Below, one piece after another: positions 1-9,865 of a stretch of 64,000 nucleotides of DNA (the first letter of the stretch is position 1; every line of letters begins with the position of its first letter). The notes below the pieces were generated by a model that made no database searches, was not told the origin of the DNA, and saw only the letters and a list, made by a program, of their open reading frames with translations. The stretch is from an uncultured Methanosarcinales archaeon (GTDB taxonomy: Archaea > Halobacteriota > Methanosarcinia > Methanosarcinales > Methanosarcinaceae): NCBI GenBank assembly GCA_964486435.1, contig CAZAMM010000004.1, forward strand, positions 219 to 64,218, in the 5' to 3' direction. The position numbers were made by a program, and so were the translations under genes.

Positions 1-127
1 CATTAGGGTCCTGTGGCACAAGCTTACCCATCACTGCAAGCTGCAATATCATCTCCCTCAGCTTTTGTACTCCATTTGGAGAATCAGCAAGAAGAGAAAA
101 ATTATCAAAGAAAAGAGGTGGATTCAT
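1..127 (-). CDS. hsdS: Type I restriction-modification specificity subunit (HsdS) or R-M-associated protein; N-terminal fragment, continues beyond the left window edge
   Basis: The ATG at 127-125 overlaps the hsdM TGA (ATGA). My own reverse translation is [42 protein letters not shown], which contains the LRExILxLAVxGKLVPQD helix I associate with HsdS conserved regions. It lies immediately downstream of hsdR-hsdM. Confidence 0.55.
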   Translation of the reverse strand, partial: MNPPLFFDNFSLLADSPNGVQKLREMILQLAVMGKLVPQDPN

Positions 128-1572
128 ACTGTTTTACCATCCAGTGCAGCCTTCAGTTCTTTTTTAAGTGCATTACGGGCCTCATCTATCTGTGATAACA
201 GATGCTTGTACTTTGCAAGCAGCTCCACAGGGTCACCGTGGTCAATGTCTTCCACATTGGGATTCTTGATGTCAAGGTTGTAATTGTTGGCTTCAAGCTT
301 ATCAATGGTGACCTTCCAGGCACGTTCATTCTCCTGACGGTTATTCCACCACTCCTTCTCAGGTTCGAACTCCTCTATACGCATGGGTTTTGTCTTGGAG
401 TATGACTTGTATCCCGCCGGGTATGGGTGCTCATAGTACCATATTTCTTTAGTAGCCTCACCCTTTGTAAAAAAGAGCAGGTTGGTCTTGATACCTGTAT
501 ATGGACTGAATACACCATTTGGCAAGCGTATGATCGTATGGAGATTGCATTCCTTCAACAGTTTCTCTTTGATACGGGTCTTCACACCTTCACCGAACAG
601 TGTACCATCAGGCAGAACAATAGCACCACGTCCATCATCTTTGAGCAAGTGGACGATCAGTACAAGGAAAAGATCAGCAGTCTCTCTTGTTTGCAGACTT
701 GTAGGAAATCCAGTCTCAATACCATCTTCTTCCATACCGCCAAAGGGTGGATTGGTAATAATCACATCAACCCTGTCAGATGGCTTGTAGTCCCTTAATG
801 GTCGTGCCAGAGAGTTATCATGCCGGATCTGTGAAGGTACTTCAATACCATGCAGCAGCATGTTCGTAACGCATAGCAAGTGGGGAAGAGGCTTCTTTTC
901 GATACCATTGATTGACCATTGGAGTACTTTTTCATCATCCACACTGTTTGCCTGCTTGCGAAGGTGTTCAATGGATGAACTCAGAAAACCACCAGTACCA
1001 CATGCAGGGTCTAGTATTTTTTCACCCAGACGGGGATTTACCATCTGCACCACGAATTCAGTTACAGCACGAGGCGTATAGAACTCACCAGCATTTCCGG
1101 CACTTTGCAGATCCTTCAGTATCTTCTCATATACGTCACCGAAAAGATGTTTGTCCTTTGAACTATTGAAGTCGATTTCATTTATCTTATTAATGACCTG
1201 GCGTATCAGGGTCCCATTCTTCATATAATTATAAGAATCCTCAAAAACCTGCTGCACAACAAAACCACGGGGATCAGCATTATGACCGAATTGTAATTCT
1301 TTTAAGGTCTTGAACAAGTCATTATTCACAAAATCAAGTAATTCATCACCCGTGATCCCCTCATCATTTGCAGCCCAGTTTCTCCACCTAAGACGCTCAG
1401 GAATAGGCGAAACATAACCACTATCCATTATCTCATATTCTGTTTCCCTGTCATCGAATATTTTAAGGAATATCATCCAAGCTAACTGGCTGATACGCTG
1501 TGCATCTCCATCAACACCTGCATCCTTACGCATGATGTCCTGAATAGTCTTAATAGTGGTACTGAGTGACAT
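124..1572 (-). CDS. hsdM: Type I R-M DNA methyltransferase subunit HsdM (N6-adenine)
   Basis: 482-aa ORF with AdoMet motif [10 protein letters not shown] and catalytic motif IITNPPFGG. It starts 25 nt downstream of hsdR on the same strand. Confidence 0.95.
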   Translation of the reverse strand: MSLSTTIKTIQDIMRKDAGVDGDAQRISQLAWMIFLKIFDDRETEYEIMDSGYVSPIPERLRWRNWAANDEGITGDELLDFVNNDLFKTLKELQFGHNADPRGFVVQQVFEDSYNYMKNGTLIRQVINKINEIDFNSSKDKHLFGDVYEKILKDLQSAGNAGEFYTPRAVTEFVVQMVNPRLGEKILDPACGTGGFLSSSIEHLRKQANSVDDEKVLQWSINGIEKKPLPHLLCVTNMLLHGIEVPSQIRHDNSLARPLRDYKPSDRVDVIITNPPFGGMEEDGIETGFPTSLQTRETADLFLVLIVHLLKDDGRGAIVLPDGTLFGEGVKTRIKEKLLKECNLHTIIRLPNGVFSPYTGIKTNLLFFTKGEATKEIWYYEHPYPAGYKSYSKTKPMRIEEFEPEKEWWNNRQENERAWKVTIDKLEANNYNLDIKNPNVEDIDHGDPVELLAKYKHLLSQIDEARNALKKELKAALDGKTV

Positions 1573-1597
1573 TTTCTAACCTGCTTATACATAGGGT

Positions 1598-3919
1598 TCA
1601 AGCTTCAGCCGTGTATAATTGAGATTCCATTGATCTAATGGCATTGAGGTAATTATCTTTACCTCCAAACATGCTTATGATTTCAATAGGGGTACCAAAC
1701 TTACTGAGTGGGTTTACCTTTAGTATATCAAGACTCTCAAGGTTTTCTATACCCTCATCAGAGTACTTGTCCAGTAACGCATCCAAGACCTCACGAGCCT
1801 TATCCCCGTATTTTGCAAAATAGCCTTTTTTACGAACCATATTAGCTCTCTCTTTACGACTGAGAGCAGGCTGGTCAAACACTACATGGCATATGAGGTC
1901 GAATGGGTCGTATTCCTTACCCACATCTTCAGCAAGAGCTTCCAGCAACAACCCCTTATCTTCAAGTTCCTTGATGATGGCCTGCTTTTTTTCTGCATTG
2001 CTCCAGTATTTCAGAAAGGTATCAAGTGAAGTGAACTCTTTTCGTATAACATTGCGGGTATAATCCTTAATTGATTCAGTAATCAGCTTACCATCAGGTC
2101 CATAATACTGCACCCTTTCGGCAACTACTGTAACCTTTACATCATCGACCTTGTAAGGCTTCAGTTTTTCCCCCGGACCTGTTGGAGGAAGTCTCGTATC
2201 TCCTGGCCCGTCGTAAATGTCAATGGGCTCACCATCGAAATCCGGATCAGCGAATAGTTCTGTGGCCTTCTTAAAGTCCATGATGGTAAAAAAGAACTTC
2301 TCAAATTCCTCATTGATACGTGTACCCCGACCTATAATCTGCTTGAACTTGGTCATTGACTGGATTCTCTTATCCAGTACTATCAACTTGCAGGTCTGCA
2401 CATCCACACCCGTACTCAATAATTCAGATGTGGTCGCAATCACCGGGTACTTACTTTCAGGAATGATGAAATTATCAAGTTCAGCCTTGCCCTCGTTCTC
2501 ATCACCTGTAATGCGCATTATGTACTTGCTGTCTTTTGCAAGGTCCGGATTCTCATTAACAAGTGATTGGCGCATCCTTTCAGCATGGTCTATATTCTCA
2601 CAGAATACAATGGTTTTATCAAAGCGGTTGGTCGATTTCAGGAAGTCACTGACCTTTTTAGCCACCAGTTGAGTACGTTGTTCAAGCACAAGTTCCTTAT
2701 CAAAATCCTGCTGGTTATAAATTCTGTCATCAATGAGTTTACCATACTTGTCTCTCTTACCCTTTTCAGGTCTCCAGCCCTGTAAGTCCCTGTCAAGATC
2801 TATGCGAATGACTTTGTATGGTGCCAGGAATCCATCTTCAATACCCTGCTTAAGTGTGTAAGTGTAAACCGGTTCTCCAAAATAATGTATGTTAGAGATG
2901 GTGTCTGTCTCTTTAGGAGTAGCAGTCATTCCAATTTGAGTGGCAGATGAAAAATAATCCAGTATCTCTCTCCAGGCAGAGTTCTCATCTGCACTGCCAC
3001 GATGGCACTCATCCACTACTACAAGATCAAAGAAATCCGGTGAGAACTGCTTGTAAATGTTCTTCTCTTCCTCAGATCCGGATACAGCCTGGTACAGTGA
3101 AAGGTATATTTCATATGATTTATCAACAGTGCGATTAGTAACCTTGGTCATAGCTGACCCAAAAGGCTTGAAATCATTGGTTTTTGTCTGATCAATCAGT
3201 ATGTTACGGTCAGCAAGGAACAGAATACGTTTCTTAGTCTTGGATTTCCATAGTCTCCATATGATTTGGAATGCGGTATAAGTTTTACCCGTGCCTGTAG
3301 CCATTACAAGCAGAATGCGATTCTGACCTTTGGCAATGGCTTCAATGGTTCTGTTAATTGCAGTAAGCTGATAGTATCTTGGTGTTTTATTGAGGAAGTC
3401 AATAAAGTAATCCTGAGTAACAGTTTTATCATTGATATCCTCAATCCCTTTCCATCTGCAATAATAGGACCACAGGTTAGAAGGGGTAGGAAATTCATTT
3501 AAGAACACTTCTTTCTCAATGGTACTAGTTAATCCAGTTTTATCATGGAATTGAAATGAATCACCATTGGAACTGAATGCGAAAGGTACGTCAAGCATCT
3601 CAGCATAACCCAAAGCCTGCTGCATACCTGAACCGACTTCATGGTTATTGTCCTTGGCTTCAATAACTGCTATAGGTATGTTCTGTTTGTAGTAAAGAAC
3701 ATAGTCAGCACGCTTTCTTTCACCACGGGTGGTCTTTTGTCCCTGGACAATCACCCGTCCATCTGTAAGAAAAACCTCTTCACGCACTTGAGTATGGATG
3801 TTCCATCCAGCACTTTTGATTGCAGGAGTAATAAACTTGGTGCAGATGTCCCTTTCACTGAGTTCTTTTTTGTTAATTGTATCCATATCCACCCACCCAG
3901 CCAATATCGATAAGTTCAT
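1598..3919 (-). CDS. hsdR: Type I restriction enzyme R subunit HsdR
   Basis: 773-aa ORF. It has an N-terminal PD-(D/E)xK core (ADYVLYY...IAVIEAKD), SF2 helicase Walker A MATGTGKT and DEAH-type box VVDECHRG. The real start may be M12 (3886). Confidence 0.95.
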   Translation of the reverse strand: MNLSILAGWVDMDTINKKELSERDICTKFITPAIKSAGWNIHTQVREEVFLTDGRVIVQGQKTTRGERKRADYVLYYKQNIPIAVIEAKDNNHEVGSGMQQALGYAEMLDVPFAFSSNGDSFQFHDKTGLTSTIEKEVFLNEFPTPSNLWSYYCRWKGIEDINDKTVTQDYFIDFLNKTPRYYQLTAINRTIEAIAKGQNRILLVMATGTGKTYTAFQIIWRLWKSKTKKRILFLADRNILIDQTKTNDFKPFGSAMTKVTNRTVDKSYEIYLSLYQAVSGSEEEKNIYKQFSPDFFDLVVVDECHRGSADENSAWREILDYFSSATQIGMTATPKETDTISNIHYFGEPVYTYTLKQGIEDGFLAPYKVIRIDLDRDLQGWRPEKGKRDKYGKLIDDRIYNQQDFDKELVLEQRTQLVAKKVSDFLKSTNRFDKTIVFCENIDHAERMRQSLVNENPDLAKDSKYIMRITGDENEGKAELDNFIIPESKYPVIATTSELLSTGVDVQTCKLIVLDKRIQSMTKFKQIIGRGTRINEEFEKFFFTIMDFKKATELFADPDFDGEPIDIYDGPGDTRLPPTGPGEKLKPYKVDDVKVTVVAERVQYYGPDGKLITESIKDYTRNVIRKEFTSLDTFLKYWSNAEKKQAIIKELEDKGLLLEALAEDVGKEYDPFDLICHVVFDQPALSRKERANMVRKKGYFAKYGDKAREVLDALLDKYSDEGIENLESLDILKVNPLSKFGTPIEIISMFGGKDNYLNAIRSMESQLYTAEA

Positions 3920-3973
3920 TTAATCAATAAACAAAGAACACAAATAAACTTTTTGATATGGTTTAGAGGCATA

Positions 3974-4133
3974 GGTACTGTCCCCATTTTGCTGTAAATT
4001 CGTCAGTATGTTCTCTAGTTATTCATATTGTTTTACTAAAATACAGGACTGTAGGTAGTATCCTTTTTGCTATAACTTCCCCTGTACCTCTATACATGCT
4101 TAATCTTCCATAGATGAATATCTGTTTTCAGTA
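3974..4133. repeat. Left copy (one partial plus one full unit) of an ~80-bp imperfect direct repeat flanking the orphan cassette
   Basis: 4054-4133 (ggtagtatcctttttgctataacttcccctgtacctc...cttccatagatgaatatctgttttcag) aligns with 5680-5758 at roughly 80% identity by eye. 3974-4001 (ggtactgtccccattttgctgtaaattc) repeats the first 28 nt again. Confidence 0.7.
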
Positions 4134-4346
4134 ATCCACTCTTCACGAGTGTTCTTGCAGCATCTTCACTATCGACAAAATAATCTTCTAACAGGTCATA
4201 TAGATTCATGGTCCTGTGCCTTCCTAGTTGTTTACAATATTCTATTAAGGTACAGAGCTATCATATTTTTCAGCATTTTTGATACACAGCCGCCAAATCT
4301 GTCCTCTTTAAAAACAGAAATAAAATCGACTACAGCTTTTATTTTT

Positions 4347-4943
4347 TTACCCATATTCCAGTCCACACTTTTCACAAAACTTACTGTTTAGCTTTGAATC
4401 CCACTTTATAGAGCCACCACATTCTCTACACTTTCCACACTTTGTGCCACTTCTATTCCTTTTCCCTTCAGAAGATGTCCAAGGACTCATAGGAATCAGT
4501 TCACCATCAGCATTAGATGACATACTATAGGGAACTAGAATACTTTTGGATTTTTTTTGTGCTTCTGATTTTGGTTTGATTTTAGTGGCAAATGCACGCC
4601 TTCCTTTTATACTCTTTATTTCAATCGTGACATTTTCTCCTACATTCGTGCCTGGAACGATAATGTCAAACTTTTTTATTCGTGCAATTCCTTCCCCATT
4701 TTGAGATATCTCTTCAATTTTCACTTTATGGATGTTACCTACTGAAACAGGAACATAATATTTGCAAATATCTGTCGATCCCTCTTCCACTAACTTACAT
4801 TGACTATACTTTACGCAACTCCTACAAAACTTTGGAACTTCGCTACTATCCACTATTAATCCCCGTGTTTGTATTCTACATAACCCATATATAAGATGTG
4901 ATTTGAGTTTCCAATGTAAGTAAACAAAGTAGAATACTTTCAC
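4347..4943 (-). CDS. TRAM-domain protein with an N-terminal Cys cluster and a C-terminal zinc ribbon
   Basis: 198-aa ORF. The central segment VGNIHKVKIEEISQNGEGIARIKKFDIIVPGTNVGENVTIEIKSIKGRRAFA looks like a TRAM beta-barrel. The C-terminus has CGKCRECGG...CEKCG (CxxC-N-CxxC). The N-terminus has CRSCVKYSQCKLVEEGSTDICKY. The start codon is uncertain. Confidence 0.6.
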   Translation of the reverse strand: MKVFYFVYLHWKLKSHLIYGLCRIQTRGLIVDSSEVPKFCRSCVKYSQCKLVEEGSTDICKYYVPVSVGNIHKVKIEEISQNGEGIARIKKFDIIVPGTNVGENVTIEIKSIKGRRAFATKIKPKSEAQKKSKSILVPYSMSSNADGELIPMSPWTSSEGKRNRSGTKCGKCRECGGSIKWDSKLNSKFCEKCGLEYG

Positions 4944-4986
4944 ACTGCATAGGTTATATCTATATAGGCAAGCATCTTTCTAATGT

Positions 4987-5283
4987 ATGGTGTTACATAT
5001 GTCAGATGGTGGCTTCGACGTGGATAGATTAATTCAACAAAGAAGAAATGAATTGAACCTTTTTGGAATAGTGACTGATCCCATTACCAAGCAAAGAGTT
5101 AGTTTTCCTTCTGTTCCTCTGAATTCTAGTTCCAAGGAGATTAAACCTAGCATATCATTGGACAAAGGTACACTGGAATGTAAAAATTGCATATCTTTTG
5201 AAGAATGCAAGCTGAAAGATGGGTTCGAAGATATTTGCCCCTATAAAAGCAAACACATTGCTCATCCAATACCTTCACAGTAA
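4987..5283 (+). CDS. Hypothetical small protein carrying the same 4-Cys motif as the divergent TRAM gene
   Basis: 98-aa ORF (alternative start MSDGG at 4999). Its C-terminal CKNCISFEECKLKDGFEDICPY parallels CRSCVKYSQCKLVEEGSTDICKY in the 4347-4943 product. No family recognised. Confidence 0.45.
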   Translation: MVLHMSDGGFDVDRLIQQRRNELNLFGIVTDPITKQRVSFPSVPLNSSSKEIKPSISLDKGTLECKNCISFEECKLKDGFEDICPYKSKHIAHPIPSQ

Positions 5284-5334
5284 GATGATGTATTCACTCA
5301 TTTCCACTATTATAGAACTAAAGGAGGGGAAAGT

Positions 5335-5508
5335 ATAGCAAAAAATTCTCCAACAGGAGACGGTCACAGAAATGGAGCCGTTAAAGGCAGGTCTCAGACC
5401 CAGAACCCCAAAACTGGCTTATGGGCAAAAAGAGACACAGATACAGGCAGGATTATGGACAATAAATCCGATGGAACTCCATTCAAAGGTGTTAGAAAAG
5501 AAAAGTAG
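5335..5508 (+). CDS. Possible small basic protein (57 codons) with no canonical start codon
   Basis: The frame is open from 5284 to TAG 5506-5508 with no in-frame ATG, GTG or TTG before an internal ATG at 5455. GGAGGGG (5323-5329) sits 5 nt upstream of ATA 5335. Translation: IAKNSPTGDGHRNGAVKGRSQTQNPKTGLWAKRDTDTGRIMDNKSDGTPFKGVRKEK. A T-rich tract at 5521-5550 follows. Confidence 0.3.
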   Translation: MAKNSPTGDGHRNGAVKGRSQTQNPKTGLWAKRDTDTGRIMDNKSDGTPFKGVRKEK

Positions 5509-5679
5509 TGCAGTGTCAATTTTTCTTTTTTCTCTTTTTTATTGTTTTTAAGCTTCATTATAGTTCGTGCTTTACATTAGATTTTTATCTTAAAGATAAG
5601 AGCTCATAATCTGTAACCCAATTCATGGATGAGTTGTCTTAAGAAATGTATTTCCCTAGCCTGTTCGTCGAGTATTCTT

Positions 5680-5758
5680 GGTAGTGTCCCTATTTTGCTG
5701 TATATTCCCCTGTACCTCAGTTTATTCTTACTCTTCCATAGATAAATATCTGTTTCCA
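5680..5758. repeat. Right copy of the ~80-bp imperfect direct repeat flanking the orphan cassette
   Basis: ggtagtgtccctattttgctgtatattcccctgtacctcagtttattcttactcttccatagataaatatctgtttccaga aligns with 4054-4133. Confidence 0.7.
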
Positions 5759-5958
5759 GAACTCTTCAGATAGCCTGAATTTGCCAATAATATGCCCTCT
5801 GTAGAGAGGTTTTTCAGGCCATTTTCTGCAGCCAATATAAAAACATCACCTTAGGAATAAGAGCTGCAAAAACCCATATTCTAGCTTTATGAATGGTTTA
5901 GAAAATGGTGGACACACATTGAGCATAACATCTAGAAAGATTATTGCTTTAAAATAGA

Positions 5959-7299
5959 TTAGAAGATGGGAGTGCCAACTGGGGCAATTGCCATCTTTAT
6001 TGGATTACCCGGGAACACATACATACCGTTTTCTGGATTATAGACGCCTACATCATCATCTCCATCCTTGTCCCAGTCACCAACAATGGGCTTTACTCCA
6101 TTCCATCCAAATCCAACGAATCTATATTTATTAGGGGTGTTGGTTTCAAGGACCCATGTATCCTTACTATATACGCCAACATCGTCCTTTCCATCACCAT
6201 TCCAGTCACCAATTACTGGTATAACACCATCCCATCCCAATCCAATGACTTCATATCCTGCATCTGTTTTGAGGACAAAGTTATCACCAGCATCATTATA
6301 GACTCCAATATCAGTGATCCCGTTTCCATCCCAGTCACCAGTTATGGGTATGACACCAGCCCATCCAAACCTGATGCTATCTATCTTGTCCCCGTAAATT
6401 TTGGACAACTGCCAAGTATAGGTTGCCGGATTATATACTCCGGGTTGTTCAGCAGTATACCCATTCCAGTCACCTGCAAGGGGAATACCATTCTTCATGA
6501 AGTAGAATGACATTTCTTCTCCATCATAATTCCTAAGCTTGAATTCTCCTGTCTTCTTGGAATACAATCCCATGTTTGCTGCATTAATTCCATCCCAATC
6601 ACCAAGGATAGGTTCCCATGCAACCGACCCATACCTCTCTTTTACAAATCTATTTCCTGTCAGGGTATACCAATCACCCTTATCGTATGTGCTTACCGTA
6701 TCCACGTTCATATTCGTGGTTCTAACGGGATTTGCGGGGTCTGTTATATCATAGGTAGCCAATGAGGTGACCAACAGATTATCTTGCCTTGAAACGCTGT
6801 ATATTGGCGATTCTATCCATGTATATGAGAGGGGTTCTGTATATTCTGGTTCGCTAACATCAAGGATAGATAGGGTTGATTCATAGGTAAGGACTGCTAT
6901 CTCACTATCTACGTACATGGAATAGATAGTATCGGGTTGTCCCTCCCATCCCATGAAATATACCCTATTAGGCTTTCTGGGATTTGATATATCATAGATT
7001 TCAAATCCAGTCCCACCCACATATATATAGTCACCACGCAACAAAACATGTGAGTAACCACCTTCCAGAAAAGTATCGGACAGTTTAATGGTGCTTACCA
7101 ATTTCCCACTTTCATATATACTAATTGTTGTTGGTCCCGTGTCTTGGAATGTTACCTCTGCACTCGCAGGTGCGACCAATAGGAACAGCAACACCATTCC
7201 ATACAAAAGATGCTTGATTGATTTAGTGACCCTCACACTTGTTGCCCCCTTATATAATTGTCGTTTCAGGATAATAAAGGTGAGGTTATTTTCCCTCAC
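5959..7299 (-). CDS. Secreted or surface repeat protein (LVIVD-type beta-propeller repeats plus FG-GAP/VCBS-type GDWDGDG repeats)
   Basis: 446-aa ORF with a hydrophobic signal/anchor (KSIKHLLYGMVLLFLLVAPASA). It has YDISNPRKP / LDVSEPEY / YDITDPANP repeats and C-terminal repeats GDWDGNGITDIGVY, GDWNGDGKDDVGVY, GDWDKDGDDDVGVY. It is a paralogue of 23836-25551. The listed start is a GTG; an internal GTG near 7236 is also possible. Confidence 0.7.
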   Translation of the reverse strand: MRENNLTFIILKRQLYKGATSVRVTKSIKHLLYGMVLLFLLVAPASAEVTFQDTGPTTISIYESGKLVSTIKLSDTFLEGGYSHVLLRGDYIYVGGTGFEIYDISNPRKPNRVYFMGWEGQPDTIYSMYVDSEIAVLTYESTLSILDVSEPEYTEPLSYTWIESPIYSVSRQDNLLVTSLATYDITDPANPVRTTNMNVDTVSTYDKGDWYTLTGNRFVKERYGSVAWEPILGDWDGINAANMGLYSKKTGEFKLRNYDGEEMSFYFMKNGIPLAGDWNGYTAEQPGVYNPATYTWQLSKIYGDKIDSIRFGWAGVIPITGDWDGNGITDIGVYNDAGDNFVLKTDAGYEVIGLGWDGVIPVIGDWNGDGKDDVGVYSKDTWVLETNTPNKYRFVGFGWNGVKPIVGDWDKDGDDDVGVYNPENGMYVFPGNPIKMAIAPVGTPIF

Positions 7300-7904
7300 T
7301 CTGCATAATGTGTTTCTCCTTCGTATATTCCATCCTCCATTGCTTCAAGGGCTTCGTCTTCACCCTCTGCTTCTGTGAACTCTGCATCTTGGGCCTGCTT
7401 GGCAGCCTCCTTAGCTGCCTTCACTGCCTCTTTTTCTGCTTCTATTATCCTTGCAAAGGTTTACTTGACTCCATGACTAAGTGGATTGCCCTTTTAGTAG
7501 TACCATCTTTTATAGTCTACACTATAGGAGACATTTGCAGTTGGAGGATAAACGCCTTCTAGAAGTGATGTGAAAGTAAATGTAGACAACGAAAACATAA
7601 GAAACAAGATTGATATGGGAATAACTCTATGTCTTCCAACAACAGAACAGTCAAAATAACATCTATATCATTGTTGTAGTCTTAAATCATATATTACAAC
7701 AATATTTATTGGCAGTTCCATAGCATCGTCGCTGCGGAACAAAATTGTAGTGTTTATTCTGTTTTTCATACTTGTCACCGGACTGGCTTCACATTAAAAA
7801 CAGATTTTAAAGTATATAAGTTATACTATACTATTAAATATTTAAATATTTTGAACAATACAGATTCGCAAAATTGATGTATAAGGAACATGCTCTAATT
7901 TCCG

Positions 7905-8513
7905 ATGAAAAATATCGTGATCATAGATTATGGGCTCGGCAACCTGCGCAGTGTGTTCAAAGGACTTGAACACGCAGGTGCCTCTGTTTCCATCTCCAGT
8001 GACCAGAAAAAGATACTTGCAGCAGATGGGATCATCCTGCCCGGAGTAGGTGCTTTCATGGATGCCATGAAGAACATCGAAGATCTCAAGGGAGCCATCA
8101 AGGAATATGTGGATTCCGGCAAGCCTATGCTTGGGATCTGTCTGGGCGAGCAGATACTTATGGAACGGTCCGAAGAGGGAAAACTAACGGACGGCCTGAG
8201 ACTTATAGGGGGCAATGTTATCAGGTTTCCCCATTCTGAACTCAAAGTACCTCACATGGGATGGAACTCCATAAAGATCATGCAGGAGCACCCTCTGTTC
8301 GAAGGTATTCCAAACGGATCTCATGTTTATTTTGTACATTCGTACTATGTGGACACCACGCATAAGAACACACTTGCAACATGCGAATATGGAAGAACGT
8401 TTGCAGCTGCGGTGGTCAACGATGCGGGGAACGTGATAGGTACACAGTTCCACCCTGAAAAAAGTGGCGATGTAGGCCTGAAGATGCTGCACAACTTTGT
8501 ACGGATGTGTTGA
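7905..8513 (+). CDS. hisH: Imidazole glycerol phosphate synthase, glutamine amidotransferase subunit
   Basis: 202-aa ORF with class-I GATase motifs PGVGAF, GICLGEQ and FHPEKS. Confidence 0.95.
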   Translation: MKNIVIIDYGLGNLRSVFKGLEHAGASVSISSDQKKILAADGIILPGVGAFMDAMKNIEDLKGAIKEYVDSGKPMLGICLGEQILMERSEEGKLTDGLRLIGGNVIRFPHSELKVPHMGWNSIKIMQEHPLFEGIPNGSHVYFVHSYYVDTTHKNTLATCEYGRTFAAAVVNDAGNVIGTQFHPEKSGDVGLKMLHNFVRMC

Positions 8514-8522
8514 GGTAAGAAC

Positions 8523-9851
8523 ATGGACATAGAAGGATATGCAAAAAGAGGCCTGCGTGCCAATGACCCTGAACTTGAGGATAAGCTCACAGCCCGGATC
8601 CTGGAAATAAAGAAGACTACTCCCCAGCACGCCCGCAGGCTTGCACAGGCAACCATAGTGGAATCCAGGAACACATTAGATGTGAAAGGTGACATCCTTG
8701 AACCCACCATATCTGGTGTCACTATGGGTGAGTTCGGCGTAGGTTCCAGGGGTACTGGTGACTTCTATACACATGAGAAGATAGCAGAGGTCATAGGGAA
8801 GACAGAAGCAGTAGTGGACAGCGCACAGCTTGATGATTCCGGGGTGGTGCTGGGCAATGGCAACGATAAGTACATAATAGTCACAATAGACGGGATACAC
8901 TCAAGGCTCAGTGATTTTCCATTCCTTGCCGGTTTTCATGTGGCAAGGGCCTCGCTTAGGGATGTTTATGTCATGGGTGCCAGACCCATAGCTCTGCTCT
9001 CAGACATCCATGTAGCAGATGATGGTGACGTAGCAAAGATATTTGATCATATAGCAGGCATTACCACAGTATCCGAACTTACGGGCATCCCCCTTATCAC
9101 AGGCAGTACGCTGCGTATAGGCGGGGACATGGTCATCGGAGAACGCATGACAGGCGGTGTGGGTGCAGTGGGAACGACATCGGACCTTACAGCCCGCAAC
9201 CAGACACGTGCAGGCGATGTGATCCTTATGACCGAAGGAGCCGGTGGAGGCACTGTTTCCACTACGGCCCTGTACTACAACATGCACCACGTAGTACAGG
9301 AGACAATGAACGTAAAGTTCCTGGAAGCATGTGAAGCCCTTATTGCCTCCGGTCTGCTGCCACATATCCATACCATGACAGACGTCACGAATGGAGGTAT
9401 TCGTGGCGATGCAAAAGAGATCTCAAAGACCGCAGGTGTGAAACTGGTATTTGAGGAAGAGAAGATGAGAGCACTGGTCAATCCTGCGGTGCTTGATATG
9501 CTCGAAACCCTCAAGATAGATTACCTGGGAGTATCGCTTGATGCCCTGCTCATCATAGCTCCGCAGGAATTTGCCAGGGAGATCATGCGTGTCATAAAAG
9601 GAGCAGGTGTTGCCATAGACATCATAGGGCGTGTAGAGGAAGGGACCGGTGCAGAGGTAAGGATCAACGGTGAAATAAAGGACTTTACACCCCGGTTCAG
9701 GGAATCTGCATACACCCCCATCAAGAAAATGGTAGGAGAAGAAGAACCTCGGGATTTCCTTGAAATGAAACATGCTATCGATATTGCAGCAGAGAACGCT
9801 ATTGAGAAAAAGCGCAGGATAGTGGAAATGATAAAGAAGGGATCTGCTTGA
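8523..9851 (+). CDS. AIR synthase-related (PurM superfamily) protein
   Basis: 442-aa ORF with PurM-like Asp-rich segments (QLDDSGVV, DIHVADDGD) and a two-domain length typical of the PurM/HypE/ThiL fold. The specific function is not assignable from sequence alone. Confidence 0.65.
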   Translation: MDIEGYAKRGLRANDPELEDKLTARILEIKKTTPQHARRLAQATIVESRNTLDVKGDILEPTISGVTMGEFGVGSRGTGDFYTHEKIAEVIGKTEAVVDSAQLDDSGVVLGNGNDKYIIVTIDGIHSRLSDFPFLAGFHVARASLRDVYVMGARPIALLSDIHVADDGDVAKIFDHIAGITTVSELTGIPLITGSTLRIGGDMVIGERMTGGVGAVGTTSDLTARNQTRAGDVILMTEGAGGGTVSTTALYYNMHHVVQETMNVKFLEACEALIASGLLPHIHTMTDVTNGGIRGDAKEISKTAGVKLVFEEEKMRALVNPAVLDMLETLKIDYLGVSLDALLIIAPQEFAREIMRVIKGAGVAIDIIGRVEEGTGAEVRINGEIKDFTPRFRESAYTPIKKMVGEEEPRDFLEMKHAIDIAAENAIEKKRRIVEMIKKGSA

Positions 9852-9865
9852 ATAATTTCAGCAGA

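Noticed and set aside
4090-4209. 39-codon minus-strand ORF (MNLYDLLEDYFVDSEDAARTLVKSGLLKTDIHLWKIKHV) just downstream of the TRAM gene
   Set aside because: Its 3' half lies inside repeat copy 4054-4133. The other repeat copy has an indel that breaks the same frame, so the open frame is probably fortuitous. I could not exclude a real micro-protein.
7308-7562. 84-aa Cys/Phe-rich plus-strand ORF
   Set aside because: It has low complexity and lies opposite the acidic minus-strand frame. It has no SD and is probably non-coding.
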